Shown here one piece after another: positions 1-9,105 of a DNA stretch of 64,000 bases (the stretch's first letter is position 1; every line of letters begins with the position of its first letter). The stretch is from IMG/VR virus record IMGVR_UViG_3300021185_003522, positions 32,001 to 96,000 of that record; one strand, given 5' to 3'. Position numbers and translations under genes: made by a program. The stretch is from a virus. The notes beneath the pieces were generated by a model. That model did no database searches. It was given only the letters and a program-made list of their open reading frames with translations, and was not told the DNA's origin.

Positions 1-2
1 GC

Positions 3-341
3 CGTAAAAATCATTTAACTGAAAAATCATTTAAGCCTATTGTAATGCAACAACCATTTATAATACAAAGTTGTAAGGGCAGTTTAGAGTATCTGCGTAG
101 GTATGGATTTCGTACATTTGGCGACTTTTGGGACGAATCATACGATGAAGCAGATGATTCAGTACGCACATATGAGATAGGTAAACTGCTACAAGACATT
201 AACACTATGAGTCAAAAAGAAAAGGCCCAACTACAAACCGCAGTAAATAGTACTGTAGAGCACAATTACAATTGGTTTTACGGAGAAGAGTTTGAAAAGC
301 AGTTATGGAACGAATTAACTACGATGACAAATAAATGGTAA
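3..341 (+). CDS. 5'-truncated glycosyltransferase-like protein (GT10-like TEK motif), paralog of the next gene
   Basis: Frame is open from the window edge: RKNHLTEKSFKPIVMQQPFII...LRRYGFRTF...WDESYD, the same motif order as 335..1510. Confidence 0.6.
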   Translation, partial: RKNHLTEKSFKPIVMQQPFIIQSCKGSLEYLRRYGFRTFGDFWDESYDEADDSVRTYEIGKLLQDINTMSQKEKAQLQTAVNSTVEHNYNWFYGEEFEKQLWNELTTMTNKW

Positions 342-1510
342 ATTTTTGTGCAGATAAATTTGTAAATGGAAAGCCCTACCCAAACTGTGCTACATGGGAA
401 GCAGAGCCGTATACACCTGAATGGAAACAATTTAGTGTTAATGCTCCGTTTAGTGAGCCTGTACATTTTTATGAGTATTTAGATAAAGAAGGCATAGACT
501 ATCTGGTACATGATAGTGTCCTGGCACCTTGGGATAGCATTTACCCTATAAGTCTAAGTTTCTTTGATTTTAATGTGGAGTGGGATAAAATTATCCCAAT
601 GGAAGTACAAAATAGAGTACGTAGGAACGAGCTAAAAATTTGGTTTTTGTACAGCGAAGGCGACAACCCTTTTCGCATACAAAAAACCCTTAATAAACAG
701 TTAGTTAAAGCTGGTATTCCGCTGGAAAATGTCCATTTTACCAGTGCAAACACTAAAAGTCGTGATCTTACAGGCTTTGGCTACATGTGTGACGATGAAT
801 TATTGTACCGGCTCCGTAATGAGTCTTTAGCATTACCGTATCACGAGAACATCCGAAGTAAAAACTTTACTGCATTAGTGCGTACACATAAAAGTTGGCG
901 TGCAAATACAATGGCACGTTTGTGGAGTAAAGGATTACACGAACGTGGGTATTTCAGTTATAATAATAAAATTAGTGTTGAAGAAACACCAGAAGACAAC
1001 CCAATTGAAATAGATAGTTTTGGTAGTCTAAAACATCATACTGAATTCTTTTTAAAATTATGTCCTTTCCATGCAGATCTACTATCTAGCAACGAACACA
1101 ATATGTATCATCATACAGTACAAGCTCACCACGACGATGCCTACTTTAACTTTGTGCTTGAAACACATCTAGACACGGACCAAAGTGGTGGTGTATTTTT
1201 AACAGAAAAAACTTTTAAACCTATAAAACATTGTCAACCCTTTCTAATTGCCGGAGCGAAAGGTAGCATTGAACAACTTCGCATTATGGGATATAGAACA
1301 TTTGATCATGTAGTAAATCACGACTATGACAGCATTGAAAATAACACACAACGCTGGAATGCAGTTTGCACCGAAGTTGAACGTATTGTTAAATCAAAAA
1401 AGATACATGAAATGTTTATAGAATGCAAAGATGATTTATTACATAATCAAGAATTATTTTTAAGTAATAAAAAGGCAACATTAGAAAGCATTTTAGAATG
1501 GGCAAAGTAA
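335..1510 (+). CDS. Glycosyltransferase-like protein (GT10/fucosyltransferase-like C-terminal motif)
   Basis: 391 aa; FNFVLET...FLTEKTFKPI...PFLI...GYRTFD...YD resembles the FEN...Y(V/I)TEK nucleotide-sugar motif of GT10. Confidence 0.5.
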   Translation: MVNFCADKFVNGKPYPNCATWEAEPYTPEWKQFSVNAPFSEPVHFYEYLDKEGIDYLVHDSVLAPWDSIYPISLSFFDFNVEWDKIIPMEVQNRVRRNELKIWFLYSEGDNPFRIQKTLNKQLVKAGIPLENVHFTSANTKSRDLTGFGYMCDDELLYRLRNESLALPYHENIRSKNFTALVRTHKSWRANTMARLWSKGLHERGYFSYNNKISVEETPEDNPIEIDSFGSLKHHTEFFLKLCPFHADLLSSNEHNMYHHTVQAHHDDAYFNFVLETHLDTDQSGGVFLTEKTFKPIKHCQPFLIAGAKGSIEQLRIMGYRTFDHVVNHDYDSIENNTQRWNAVCTEVERIVKSKKIHEMFIECKDDLLHNQELFLSNKKATLESILEWAK

Positions 1511-2523
1511 GTAGTTACACAAGTTGGCAACCACTAGAAGAAGTTATTGTTGGAAGAGCATATACTCCAGATTACTTTGACTTCATAGAAGATGCACAAG
1601 TTAGAAATCAACTACAACAGATACTTGCTGAAACAAACGAAGACTTAAACAACTTACAAAAAACTTGCGAACAGTATGGCGCAGTCGTAAAACGGCCTTC
1701 TTTACCAGATAAAGACCAATTCATGAAATGGCAAACAACAGACGGAGGTGCACCATTACCCCCACTTACTCCAAGAGACTGGCAAATCAGTCTGGGCGAT
1801 AAACTGCTAAGAGTGTTACCAGTTGCGGAACTAAATGACATATGCGATGGATATGAAAACCAAGTGATAAATCCTCATGGAGAATACTTTGATCCTGCCT
1901 GTATACTAAATGGTGCTAGTGCAAGTTGCATCGTGCGTGTAGGCACTGATATATTTTTTGATAATAGCGACCACCTGCAACCTAATCAAAGTCGTTGGAT
2001 ACAAGAAAATTGTTTAGACAGCAGATATAGATTTCATGAAGCAATTACAGATGGACATGGCGATGCAGTGTTTGCAATCCTAAAGCCAGGCGTACTGCTT
2101 AGTAGCAAATGGGATGATCAATTGGATTTAGCAGGTGATTTTCCTGGATGGGACATTTGTAAAATATGGGATAGTAGCATTTGGGCCGCCATGGAAGTTG
2201 GAAAGTTTAAAGAACAAAACTTTAATGGTGCGTGGTATGTACAAGGACAAACTCCTACACAAGAGTTTACACAATTTGTTGACACTTATTTAAAGAAATG
2301 GGTTGGCTTTGTAAGTGATACTGTTTTTGATGTCAATTGTCTTGTACTAGATGAAGAGAATGTTATTTTCAGTGCCTATAACAAACAAGTATTCGACTAC
2401 TGCAAAAAACACAAGATAAATCCAATTATAGCAGAACTTAGACACAGTTACTTCTGGGATGGTGGTGTAAGTTGTTGTACACAAGATATACGTCGTAAAG
2501 GTGGTTTGGAAACTTATCTCTAA
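1498..2523 (+). CDS. Amidinotransferase (AGAT/StrB1 family)
   Basis: VSSYTSWQPLEEVIVGRA N-terminus, TPRD, GHGD, and C-terminal GGVSCCTQDIRR carrying the catalytic Cys. Confidence 0.85.
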   Translation: MGKVSSYTSWQPLEEVIVGRAYTPDYFDFIEDAQVRNQLQQILAETNEDLNNLQKTCEQYGAVVKRPSLPDKDQFMKWQTTDGGAPLPPLTPRDWQISLGDKLLRVLPVAELNDICDGYENQVINPHGEYFDPACILNGASASCIVRVGTDIFFDNSDHLQPNQSRWIQENCLDSRYRFHEAITDGHGDAVFAILKPGVLLSSKWDDQLDLAGDFPGWDICKIWDSSIWAAMEVGKFKEQNFNGAWYVQGQTPTQEFTQFVDTYLKKWVGFVSDTVFDVNCLVLDEENVIFSAYNKQVFDYCKKHKINPIIAELRHSYFWDGGVSCCTQDIRRKGGLETYL

Positions 2524-2837
2524 TACCAACCCATAATTAATTTGGTTTCTTCTGGAACCATTTCCATTGTAAACTGCGGTTCGAATACCAACTGTCTATC
2601 TATAGCACGCACACCTTCAGTATTAATCATTGCTTGTTCAATGTCATTACAGATTTGATCAGCAAACGGACATGCCATTGATGTTAGTGTGTGCTCCACC
2701 CGACACCTATCGCCATCTATTTCAATTTTGTAAATTAACCCTAAGTCGTATACACTAACACTGGGCATTTCTGGGTCATAGACTTTTTGTAATGATTCAA
2801 TCACACGTTGTCTAAGATCATTTTCTTCTAACTGCAT
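2520..2837 (-). CDS. DUF59/SufT (MIP18-family) Fe-S cluster maturation protein
   Basis: VYDPEM...VYDLGLIY...TLTSMACP motif, 105 aa. Confidence 0.9.
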   Translation of the reverse strand: MQLEENDLRQRVIESLQKVYDPEMPSVSVYDLGLIYKIEIDGDRCRVEHTLTSMACPFADQICNDIEQAMINTEGVRAIDRQLVFEPQFTMEMVPEETKLIMGWY

Positions 2838-4333
2838 ACTGTTACGCCGTATTCTTTTTCAAAGCGATTAGCATCAGACCTGTCATCAACCATTGGCTCG
2901 CCTCTTATGTTAAGGCTAGTATTTAACAACATGGGACAACCTGTCTTTCTATACCATGCACTCAATAACCGCCTTATGCCACTATCATTATCTGGAACTG
3001 TTTGTACTCTGCTTGTTCCATCCACATGTATAATAGCCGGAAACTCTTCTGGCTTGGTGCAACGAGCAACCACCTGCATGTAACGACTTGTGGGTTGATA
3101 AAGAGGCATTGCAAAATAGTCATGTACATGCTCTTCAAGTATTACAGGAGCAAAAGGTCTAAACTTTTGTCTACGTTTAATTTCATTTACTCGATCTTTA
3201 ATGTCTGCTCCGCGTGGATCAGCAAGTAAACTTCTATTGCCCAGTGCTCTTGGACCAAATTCTGCACGTCCATTTGCAACTCCAACAATTTGATTTGTTT
3301 CTAATTCTTTCAACAGTTCGTCTACTGGATATTCTCCTGAGATATTTGAGCCCAGATAAGGTGTTGTAAAGTTTATGTCTCTACCATATGCATAAGCGGC
3401 CGCACCTAAACTGCTTCCTGCATCGCCTGGGTTTGGCATTATCCATATTTTGTTAAACAGTTCTCCCAATCGTCGATTGATAACACAGTTAAGAGCAACA
3501 CCGCCCATGTAAACTAGATTTTTACTAGTGCCAAGAGCCTTTGCTCTACGCATCACACCCATAACCATTTCTTCGCATAACCGTTGTCCTGCGGCGGCAA
3601 TATCCTCTACTGTAACATCAGCTGCAAACTCAACGTCATCAATGCCAAGGTGTAGATTATCTTTGAACAGTGGAATATCTGTAAATCGCACAGTTGCACG
3701 TTTTAATGTATTGTATGCCTTGTCAGCATCGCCGTAAGCAGCCATACCCATTGTGATGTATTCTTCATCCATTGGCTTTAATCCGCAACGTTTGGTTACT
3801 GCACTGTAGAACATACCAATACTGTGTGGATATGATTGCTTGTATAACAGTTTGTAATTTGCTTTAGCGTGTTCGCCTGCTAGGCATGCACCGTTGTAGT
3901 ATGCATGGTATATGCTGATTGTATCTGATTCACCAATAGCATCTATTACCACAACTGTTGCATCATCAAATGGTGATGTTTGAAAGCCTGCGGCCGCATG
4001 AGATAGATGATGTCCAACACTGCTGATTTCTGCAGATGTTTCATTCATTATATAAGGAATAGTACGTAGTAGTTCAGTTTGTGTACGCCAAGCACCGCCC
4101 CAACTTTCTCCGCTTTTGATTTTACGCAGTTGTCGTAGATGTGGCTTTTCATAGTATACTATCTTATCAAAAGGTCCGTATTCTTTTGCCTTCTGTTGTA
4201 GACTTACTGGAATAGTGCTATCGTTTTTGATCTTGCTGTAACGTTCTGCATGTCCTGCAAACAATACTCGGTGATTGTGCAGTACAGTTAAAGCCGCGTC
4301 GTGAAATCCTGCACTAACTCCTAGTATTCTCAT
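2828..4333 (-). CDS. Carbamoyltransferase (CmcH/NodU/TobZ family)
   Basis: HDAA, HHLSHAA, GGVALNC, GDAG, GPRALGNRS, FRPFAP and LLNTSLN motifs. Confidence 0.95.
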   Translation of the reverse strand: MRILGVSAGFHDAALTVLHNHRVLFAGHAERYSKIKNDSTIPVSLQQKAKEYGPFDKIVYYEKPHLRQLRKIKSGESWGGAWRTQTELLRTIPYIMNETSAEISSVGHHLSHAAAGFQTSPFDDATVVVIDAIGESDTISIYHAYYNGACLAGEHAKANYKLLYKQSYPHSIGMFYSAVTKRCGLKPMDEEYITMGMAAYGDADKAYNTLKRATVRFTDIPLFKDNLHLGIDDVEFAADVTVEDIAAAGQRLCEEMVMGVMRRAKALGTSKNLVYMGGVALNCVINRRLGELFNKIWIMPNPGDAGSSLGAAAYAYGRDINFTTPYLGSNISGEYPVDELLKELETNQIVGVANGRAEFGPRALGNRSLLADPRGADIKDRVNEIKRRQKFRPFAPVILEEHVHDYFAMPLYQPTSRYMQVVARCTKPEEFPAIIHVDGTSRVQTVPDNDSGIRRLLSAWYRKTGCPMLLNTSLNIRGEPMVDDRSDANRFEKEYGVTVCS

Positions 4334-4863
4334 TATAACCTGTCTTCGTATTCAGATACCGGAGGTATTTCACCGGTAGTCATTTCAGTATCTTGTGTGG
4401 AAAATGTTATTGTAGCAACATAGTCGCATTTGTTGTTGCATATTGGATCTACTATTGGTGTGAATACCATGCCTTCTTCATAGGTCCAGTTGCCTGTTTG
4501 CCATCCAGTTTTGTTCTCACTAGTACCTGAGGTCTGACTGGTAGCAGTAACATCAAAATACATTTTTATATTTTGATCATCTGCAGGTAAGTCACCTCTG
4601 TTTACTGTATAGCCATTGTTGCCATCCGCAGTAATCTCAGCAGTCATCCATACAGGATCTGTGCCTTGAAAAAAGTCTAGCCAATCTTTTAAGGTTTTTT
4701 TCCAATCTTTGTCAACAGTGTTGGTAATTGTGCCACCATTGGGATCAACAGTATGAATGTGATGTTTGGTACGCACTGCACTACTGCGATCCTCTATCCA
4801 ATTAATTGTGTAGGGAGTATTGTTTACAATTGTTAATACATTAGACCAATGATTTTTACTCAT
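4333..4863 (-). CDS. Hypothetical protein
   Basis: 176-aa ORF abutting both neighbours; Thr/Asn/Trp-rich. Confidence 0.7.
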   Translation of the reverse strand: MSKNHWSNVLTIVNNTPYTINWIEDRSSAVRTKHHIHTVDPNGGTITNTVDKDWKKTLKDWLDFFQGTDPVWMTAEITADGNNGYTVNRGDLPADDQNIKMYFDVTATSQTSGTSENKTGWQTGNWTYEEGMVFTPIVDPICNNKCDYVATITFSTQDTEMTTGEIPPVSEYEDRL

Positions 4864-5967
4864 TTACCAACCTATCTTCTCCCAAGGAACATCTTTGTTG
4901 CCAAAGTGTCCGTATGTGCAATTTGCACTGTAGTTGTAAAAGTTGAAAAGATCAAATCTATCAATTATACCTTTAGGTGTGAGATCAATGTTTTCACGTA
5001 TAAACTTTTGTATACTGCGATTGTGTCCATTTGAATCTATGTAGACACTGGTAGGTTCTTTTACACCAATGGCATATGATATCTGTATTTGACACCAGTC
5101 TGCCATGTCGTCTGCTACAACGTTCTTTGCTAACCAACGTGCCATATATGCTGCCGTTCTATCTACTTTTGTAGGATCTTTTCCTGAGAAAGCACCACCA
5201 CCATGAGGAGCAAAGCCGCCATAGGTATCAACGATAATTTTGCGTCCTGTAAGGCCAGTGTCACCATCAGGACCACCAATGACAAAATTGCCAGTTGGAT
5301 TAAGATGGAATACAGTCTTGTCATCTATTAAATCTCCTAGTACTTCTTCGCATGCCGATCTTGTAGCCATACGTGCGGGTTCATAAAAGCTCTCATCTTT
5401 GTGTTGTTGACTTACCACAACTTGATCAATACGTTTTACCTTACCGCCGTCATACTCTACACTAACTTGACTCTTAGCATCAGGTCCAAGATATTTGTAT
5501 CCATCTACACGTTTTTCTTTTATATTTTTTAATATTTCATGAGAATAGTAAATTGGGGCGGGCAGATACGCATCATTCCCATTGCATGCGTAACCAAACA
5601 TAATACCTTGATCACCTGCACCAAAATCGTCTGTGCCCAGTGCAATGTCGGCACTTTGTGAGTGCAATTGATTGTTGATTGTTTTATTATCAACTGTCAG
5701 TTTATCCCAATGAAATCCCGCTTGCTCGTAGCCAATCTCTTTTACTTTGTCTCTTATAATTTGTTCAACTTGTTCATCAGAGATATTAAAGTTTTTAACT
5801 TCACCTGCTAGTACAACATAGTTTGTTGTGACCATTGTTTCAACTGCTACTCTGGTTGTTTCATCACCGGCTTTGAGTCCAGCGTCAACCAATGCATCTG
5901 ATATTTGGTCTGCTATTTTGTCAGGATGCCCTTCGCTCACTGACTCTGATGTAAAAATATAACTCAT
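4864..5967 (-). CDS. metK: S-adenosylmethionine synthetase
   Basis: FTSESVSEGHPDK, GAGDQG, GLTGRKIIVDTYGG and GGGAFSGKD signatures. Confidence 0.98.
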   Translation of the reverse strand: MSYIFTSESVSEGHPDKIADQISDALVDAGLKAGDETTRVAVETMVTTNYVVLAGEVKNFNISDEQVEQIIRDKVKEIGYEQAGFHWDKLTVDNKTINNQLHSQSADIALGTDDFGAGDQGIMFGYACNGNDAYLPAPIYYSHEILKNIKEKRVDGYKYLGPDAKSQVSVEYDGGKVKRIDQVVVSQQHKDESFYEPARMATRSACEEVLGDLIDDKTVFHLNPTGNFVIGGPDGDTGLTGRKIIVDTYGGFAPHGGGAFSGKDPTKVDRTAAYMARWLAKNVVADDMADWCQIQISYAIGVKEPTSVYIDSNGHNRSIQKFIRENIDLTPKGIIDRFDLFNFYNYSANCTYGHFGNKDVPWEKIGW

Positions 5968-6068
5968 TTGTATATAAAAGGATCCCTTTTCCGTAGTTCT
6001 TTAAGTTTCTTACGATATCGTATTTCTAGTTTTATCTTATTAAAAAGATTCTTAATCCATGTTATCAT
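5964..6068 (-). CDS. 34-aa basic microprotein ending KRDPFIYK (absent from the ORF track)
   Basis: Manual translation MITWIKNLFNKIKLEIRYRKKLKELRKRDPFIYK; AAGGTG upstream; TGA overlaps the metK ATG (ATGA). Confidence 0.75.
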   Translation of the reverse strand: MITWIKNLFNKIKLEIRYRKKLKELRKRDPFIYK

Positions 6069-6738
6069 TATACACACCTTTTGTCTGTTTGTCAAGTAGT
6101 TCTGGATCAAATAATGGAACTGCACAAAAAGTTAAAGTACCTTTGTTTATCTTTGATACAGAACGCTTATAAGCAATTACAGTTTCTAAGTTATAGTAAT
6201 TATACTCAGGATCAATAGGGGTTGTCCATTTTAAACTGCTGCCAATTTGTGTTCCATGTTGAACATCATAGTTTGGTTCAACAGTACCTGCAAATTCATT
6301 GAAGTCAGTGTTCCAGTCTAGTAAGTATGGCAGTATTAGCAGGCGCCATCCTTTTGACATTTTTGCACGCCAAGGATAGTTAAGAATTTTAAATCTATAT
6401 TCATATAGACTGTAATCATCATCTGCCCAAGGTTTATCTCCTTTATTACCAAATATTGTGCCGTCAACCATTGGGGCTGATACTCTGCCCCTTGCAAAAT
6501 ATGTGTCGTATCCATCTAAGTCTTCTGGTAATGGAATAGTATAACCAATACTTGCAAGTCCTCTAAAACCTAAACAATTTCTTATTGTTTGTTGTTCAGC
6601 AAATGTAACTTCATCTCTTTTTCCTTTAAGTTTTTTAAACCATTCAGGCATGTGGTTACGCATAGGTGTAGGTGCTGGACATTTAAGGTACTGTATTTCT
6701 GGATCATCACAGTATTCCCACTCAAGAAAATTATTCAT
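6052..6738 (-). CDS. Hypothetical phage protein (PxP...PEWFK...TIxxC...GYxIP type)
   Basis: 228-aa ORF in the operon, 4-nt overlap with the upstream gene. Confidence 0.7.
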   Translation of the reverse strand: MNNFLEWEYCDDPEIQYLKCPAPTPMRNHMPEWFKKLKGKRDEVTFAEQQTIRNCLGFRGLASIGYTIPLPEDLDGYDTYFARGRVSAPMVDGTIFGNKGDKPWADDDYSLYEYRFKILNYPWRAKMSKGWRLLILPYLLDWNTDFNEFAGTVEPNYDVQHGTQIGSSLKWTTPIDPEYNYYNLETVIAYKRSVSKINKGTLTFCAVPLFDPELLDKQTKGVYNDNMD

Positions 6739-7787
6739 ATCAAAGGTACCTGCAGTTGTTTACTATCTGCCCAAGTGTAATCATATTCAGCATATGAATC
6801 ACTGGTTTTAATACTATATACATCAAGATGATTAGTTAATATACTTAAAACTCCTTGAAAATCTTTACAAGCAAAACTTTTCTCCAGATCAACCTGTCCA
6901 ATTTTTGGGTGTCCTATTGTTAAACTTGGATCGTCAGGATCAAAATTATTAGCAACTAGCCATTTCCTAAACTCGTTTAGTTTAGTTTGCATAAAAGGCC
7001 TATCACGGGTATCTTGTCCCCATTCTATGTCAAAGTCACCAGCAGCCTCTGTTTGTGGTTTTAATGTTGTAGTTGTTAATTCATCAATACGACTGTCTGC
7101 ACCTTCATCCTGGAACACTTCATAATGGTGTTTACCAACTGCTTTGTTAACTCCAACATACACACCGCCGTGGTCTCTTGCTATAGAATCAATTCCAAAC
7201 AGGTTGTAGTCTTCGTCGTCTAGTATAAACCGCGGTGCATGTAACCAACACATTACGTTACTCGGACGTACCCATTCTGGAGCACTGGTTACTTTACCTA
7301 AGCTCATGATTAAACATTCTGCCTCGTGACATAGTAAGTTCAATTGTCTTATGTGCCATCGTGTTTCTGCATCTGCATTTGTGTAATGTTTGCTCATTGC
7401 ACCACTTACTCCTTGTGTTTCTTCAAAGTATAAATGCAACTGGTTAAGTTTGTCATGATTGAGGCCAATAATTTCGCAATTTCCTAATTTGCTCCAACGC
7501 TTAGTTGTCATGTTTGCAACTGTAAAATAGTCTTTTATTTCGTAGTCAATGCTACTACCGTTTATAGCCGCAATGGTTTGATTTATTTGCGTTACAATCA
7601 CATCAAGATCACGTTCGCAATTTGGAAAGCCCATAAAACAGTAATTCTTTTCGAGATGTAGTTTATTATCTAAAACATCATTGAATGCATTTAACCATTT
7701 TTTACTTAGACTGTTATCATAAACATCAAAGTATACGTGTAATAAACCATCTGCTCCACGCAGTTTCATTTCTATTCTATCCAGCAT
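6735..7787 (-). CDS. Hypothetical protein next to the radical SAM array
   Basis: 350 aa; LNQLHLYFE and LNLLCHEAE are His/Glu helices that could bind metal. Confidence 0.7.
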   Translation of the reverse strand: MLDRIEMKLRGADGLLHVYFDVYDNSLSKKWLNAFNDVLDNKLHLEKNYCFMGFPNCERDLDVIVTQINQTIAAINGSSIDYEIKDYFTVANMTTKRWSKLGNCEIIGLNHDKLNQLHLYFEETQGVSGAMSKHYTNADAETRWHIRQLNLLCHEAECLIMSLGKVTSAPEWVRPSNVMCWLHAPRFILDDEDYNLFGIDSIARDHGGVYVGVNKAVGKHHYEVFQDEGADSRIDELTTTTLKPQTEAAGDFDIEWGQDTRDRPFMQTKLNEFRKWLVANNFDPDDPSLTIGHPKIGQVDLEKSFACKDFQGVLSILTNHLDVYSIKTSDSYAEYDYTWADSKQLQVPLI

Positions 7788-9105
7788 CGATTCTATCCCA
7801 CCATTCTAATGTTTCTTCGCATCCTTGCGGGCCAGCAAATATATCTCTCATGCATAGTGCATTAGGACGTATATTTTCTAAAGTAAGTATTCTGCGTTTA
7901 CCTTTACGCATACCTCTCCAGTATTCTTCTTCGCTATACTGCTCTTGAAGGGTAGGTCTATTTTTAAGTTGCAGTAGTACATCACGCAGTGCGTTTCCAA
8001 GTATAAATTTATTTACTATGCTATCAATCTTGCGGTCAAGTAAATCACGTGGCAGTGCAAGTGGCGACATTATAACATCAGGCGTAAAAGTGAATATTAC
8101 TTTTGCTAATATATCCACATCCAAATCATCAGCCAGTGCCTGCATATTACTTACGTCCTGCATACCTGGCAGTGTAAGAGTGTAGTCTAAACGCATCATA
8201 CGTCTATTATGAGCTAATGGTAAAAGCACTTTAAAATTATCAACAAATTCTTTATACTTCAATCCTGTACGTATGTATTCGCCGATTGCACCTGTACCAT
8301 CTAAACTAGCACATATTTGCCAGTCACGTATATTTTTTAGTATATCATGGCCTAAGTGTATACCTTTGTATTTTATTCTACTCAAGTTTGTATTATACCT
8401 TGCATACAACTTTGGACCATCACCAAGTTCCACTATACGTTTCATGTACCGCCAGTGCTGTTCGTACATCAGTGGTTCGCCACCTACCCAATATATCTCT
8501 TCGACCCTGTGTTCCTCAACTGCATCTGAAAACTCTTTTTCAATTTGTGTGTCTTGAAATTTGCTTATTTCTTTACGAACCTCTGGACGCATCCAGTTGT
8601 TTTTTGGGTTGTCTAAATTAACCATGTTGTGTTTTTTCTGTTCTGTTTCCCAACTTGAACTTAGCATATCACCGCAGGTACGACACTTAAAGTTACACAA
8701 GTTTGAAAATCTATAATCCCAACTGATTGGCTTCATGCTGGTCCAACCTGTATCGTCTGTACTGGTCCACAGTTCATCATAACGGTGTTGAAACAAATGC
8801 CAAAAGTATGTTCTATATACATCAGTGTTTAACAGTTTGTCTGTACAGACTTCGCACTCGCTAAGTTTTTCGCCTGCCATCATTCTGCGTCTAACACTAC
8901 GCATGTGTTCGCTATTCCAATGTTCTTCTAATGTATTTGGGTTGTACTTTCCTGTGCCTGATGCAGTATCAATATACTGTTCAAAGCTCTGTGCTGGTTC
9001 ACGTGATGCACAACACATTCTACGTTCAGTCTGGGGAGACAGATAGGTATGTGTCCAAGGAGCCATGCACAATGTTTCAGGCTTTTGTTCAGGCCTGTCT
9101 ACCAT
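7777..9105 (-). CDS. Radical SAM enzyme with N-terminal twitch/SPASM-like domain
   Basis: CMAPW...CC...CEVC, then CNFKCRTC, GGEP, YNTN. Confidence 0.92.
   Translation of the reverse strand: MVDRPEQKPETLCMAPWTHTYLSPQTERRMCCASREPAQSFEQYIDTASGTGKYNPNTLEEHWNSEHMRSVRRRMMAGEKLSECEVCTDKLLNTDVYRTYFWHLFQHRYDELWTSTDDTGWTSMKPISWDYRFSNLCNFKCRTCGDMLSSSWETEQKKHNMVNLDNPKNNWMRPEVRKEISKFQDTQIEKEFSDAVEEHRVEEIYWVGGEPLMYEQHWRYMKRIVELGDGPKLYARYNTNLSRIKYKGIHLGHDILKNIRDWQICASLDGTGAIGEYIRTGLKYKEFVDNFKVLLPLAHNRRMMRLDYTLTLPGMQDVSNMQALADDLDVDILAKVIFTFTPDVIMSPLALPRDLLDRKIDSIVNKFILGNALRDVLLQLKNRPTLQEQYSEEEYWRGMRKGKRRILTLENIRPNALCMRDIFAGPQGCEETLEWWDRIDAG

Noticed and set aside
6-34. 13-bp direct repeat AAAAATCATTTAA x2
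   Set aside because: Lies within the conserved HLTEKSFKP coding motif in AT-rich sequence; only two copies, probably chance
1498-6068. Saxitoxin-like cluster (amidinotransferase, carbamoyltransferase, PFIY microprotein, distant sulfotransferase)
   Set aside because: No SxtA-like PKS/AONS or other core genes; these families are widespread in glycan tailoring
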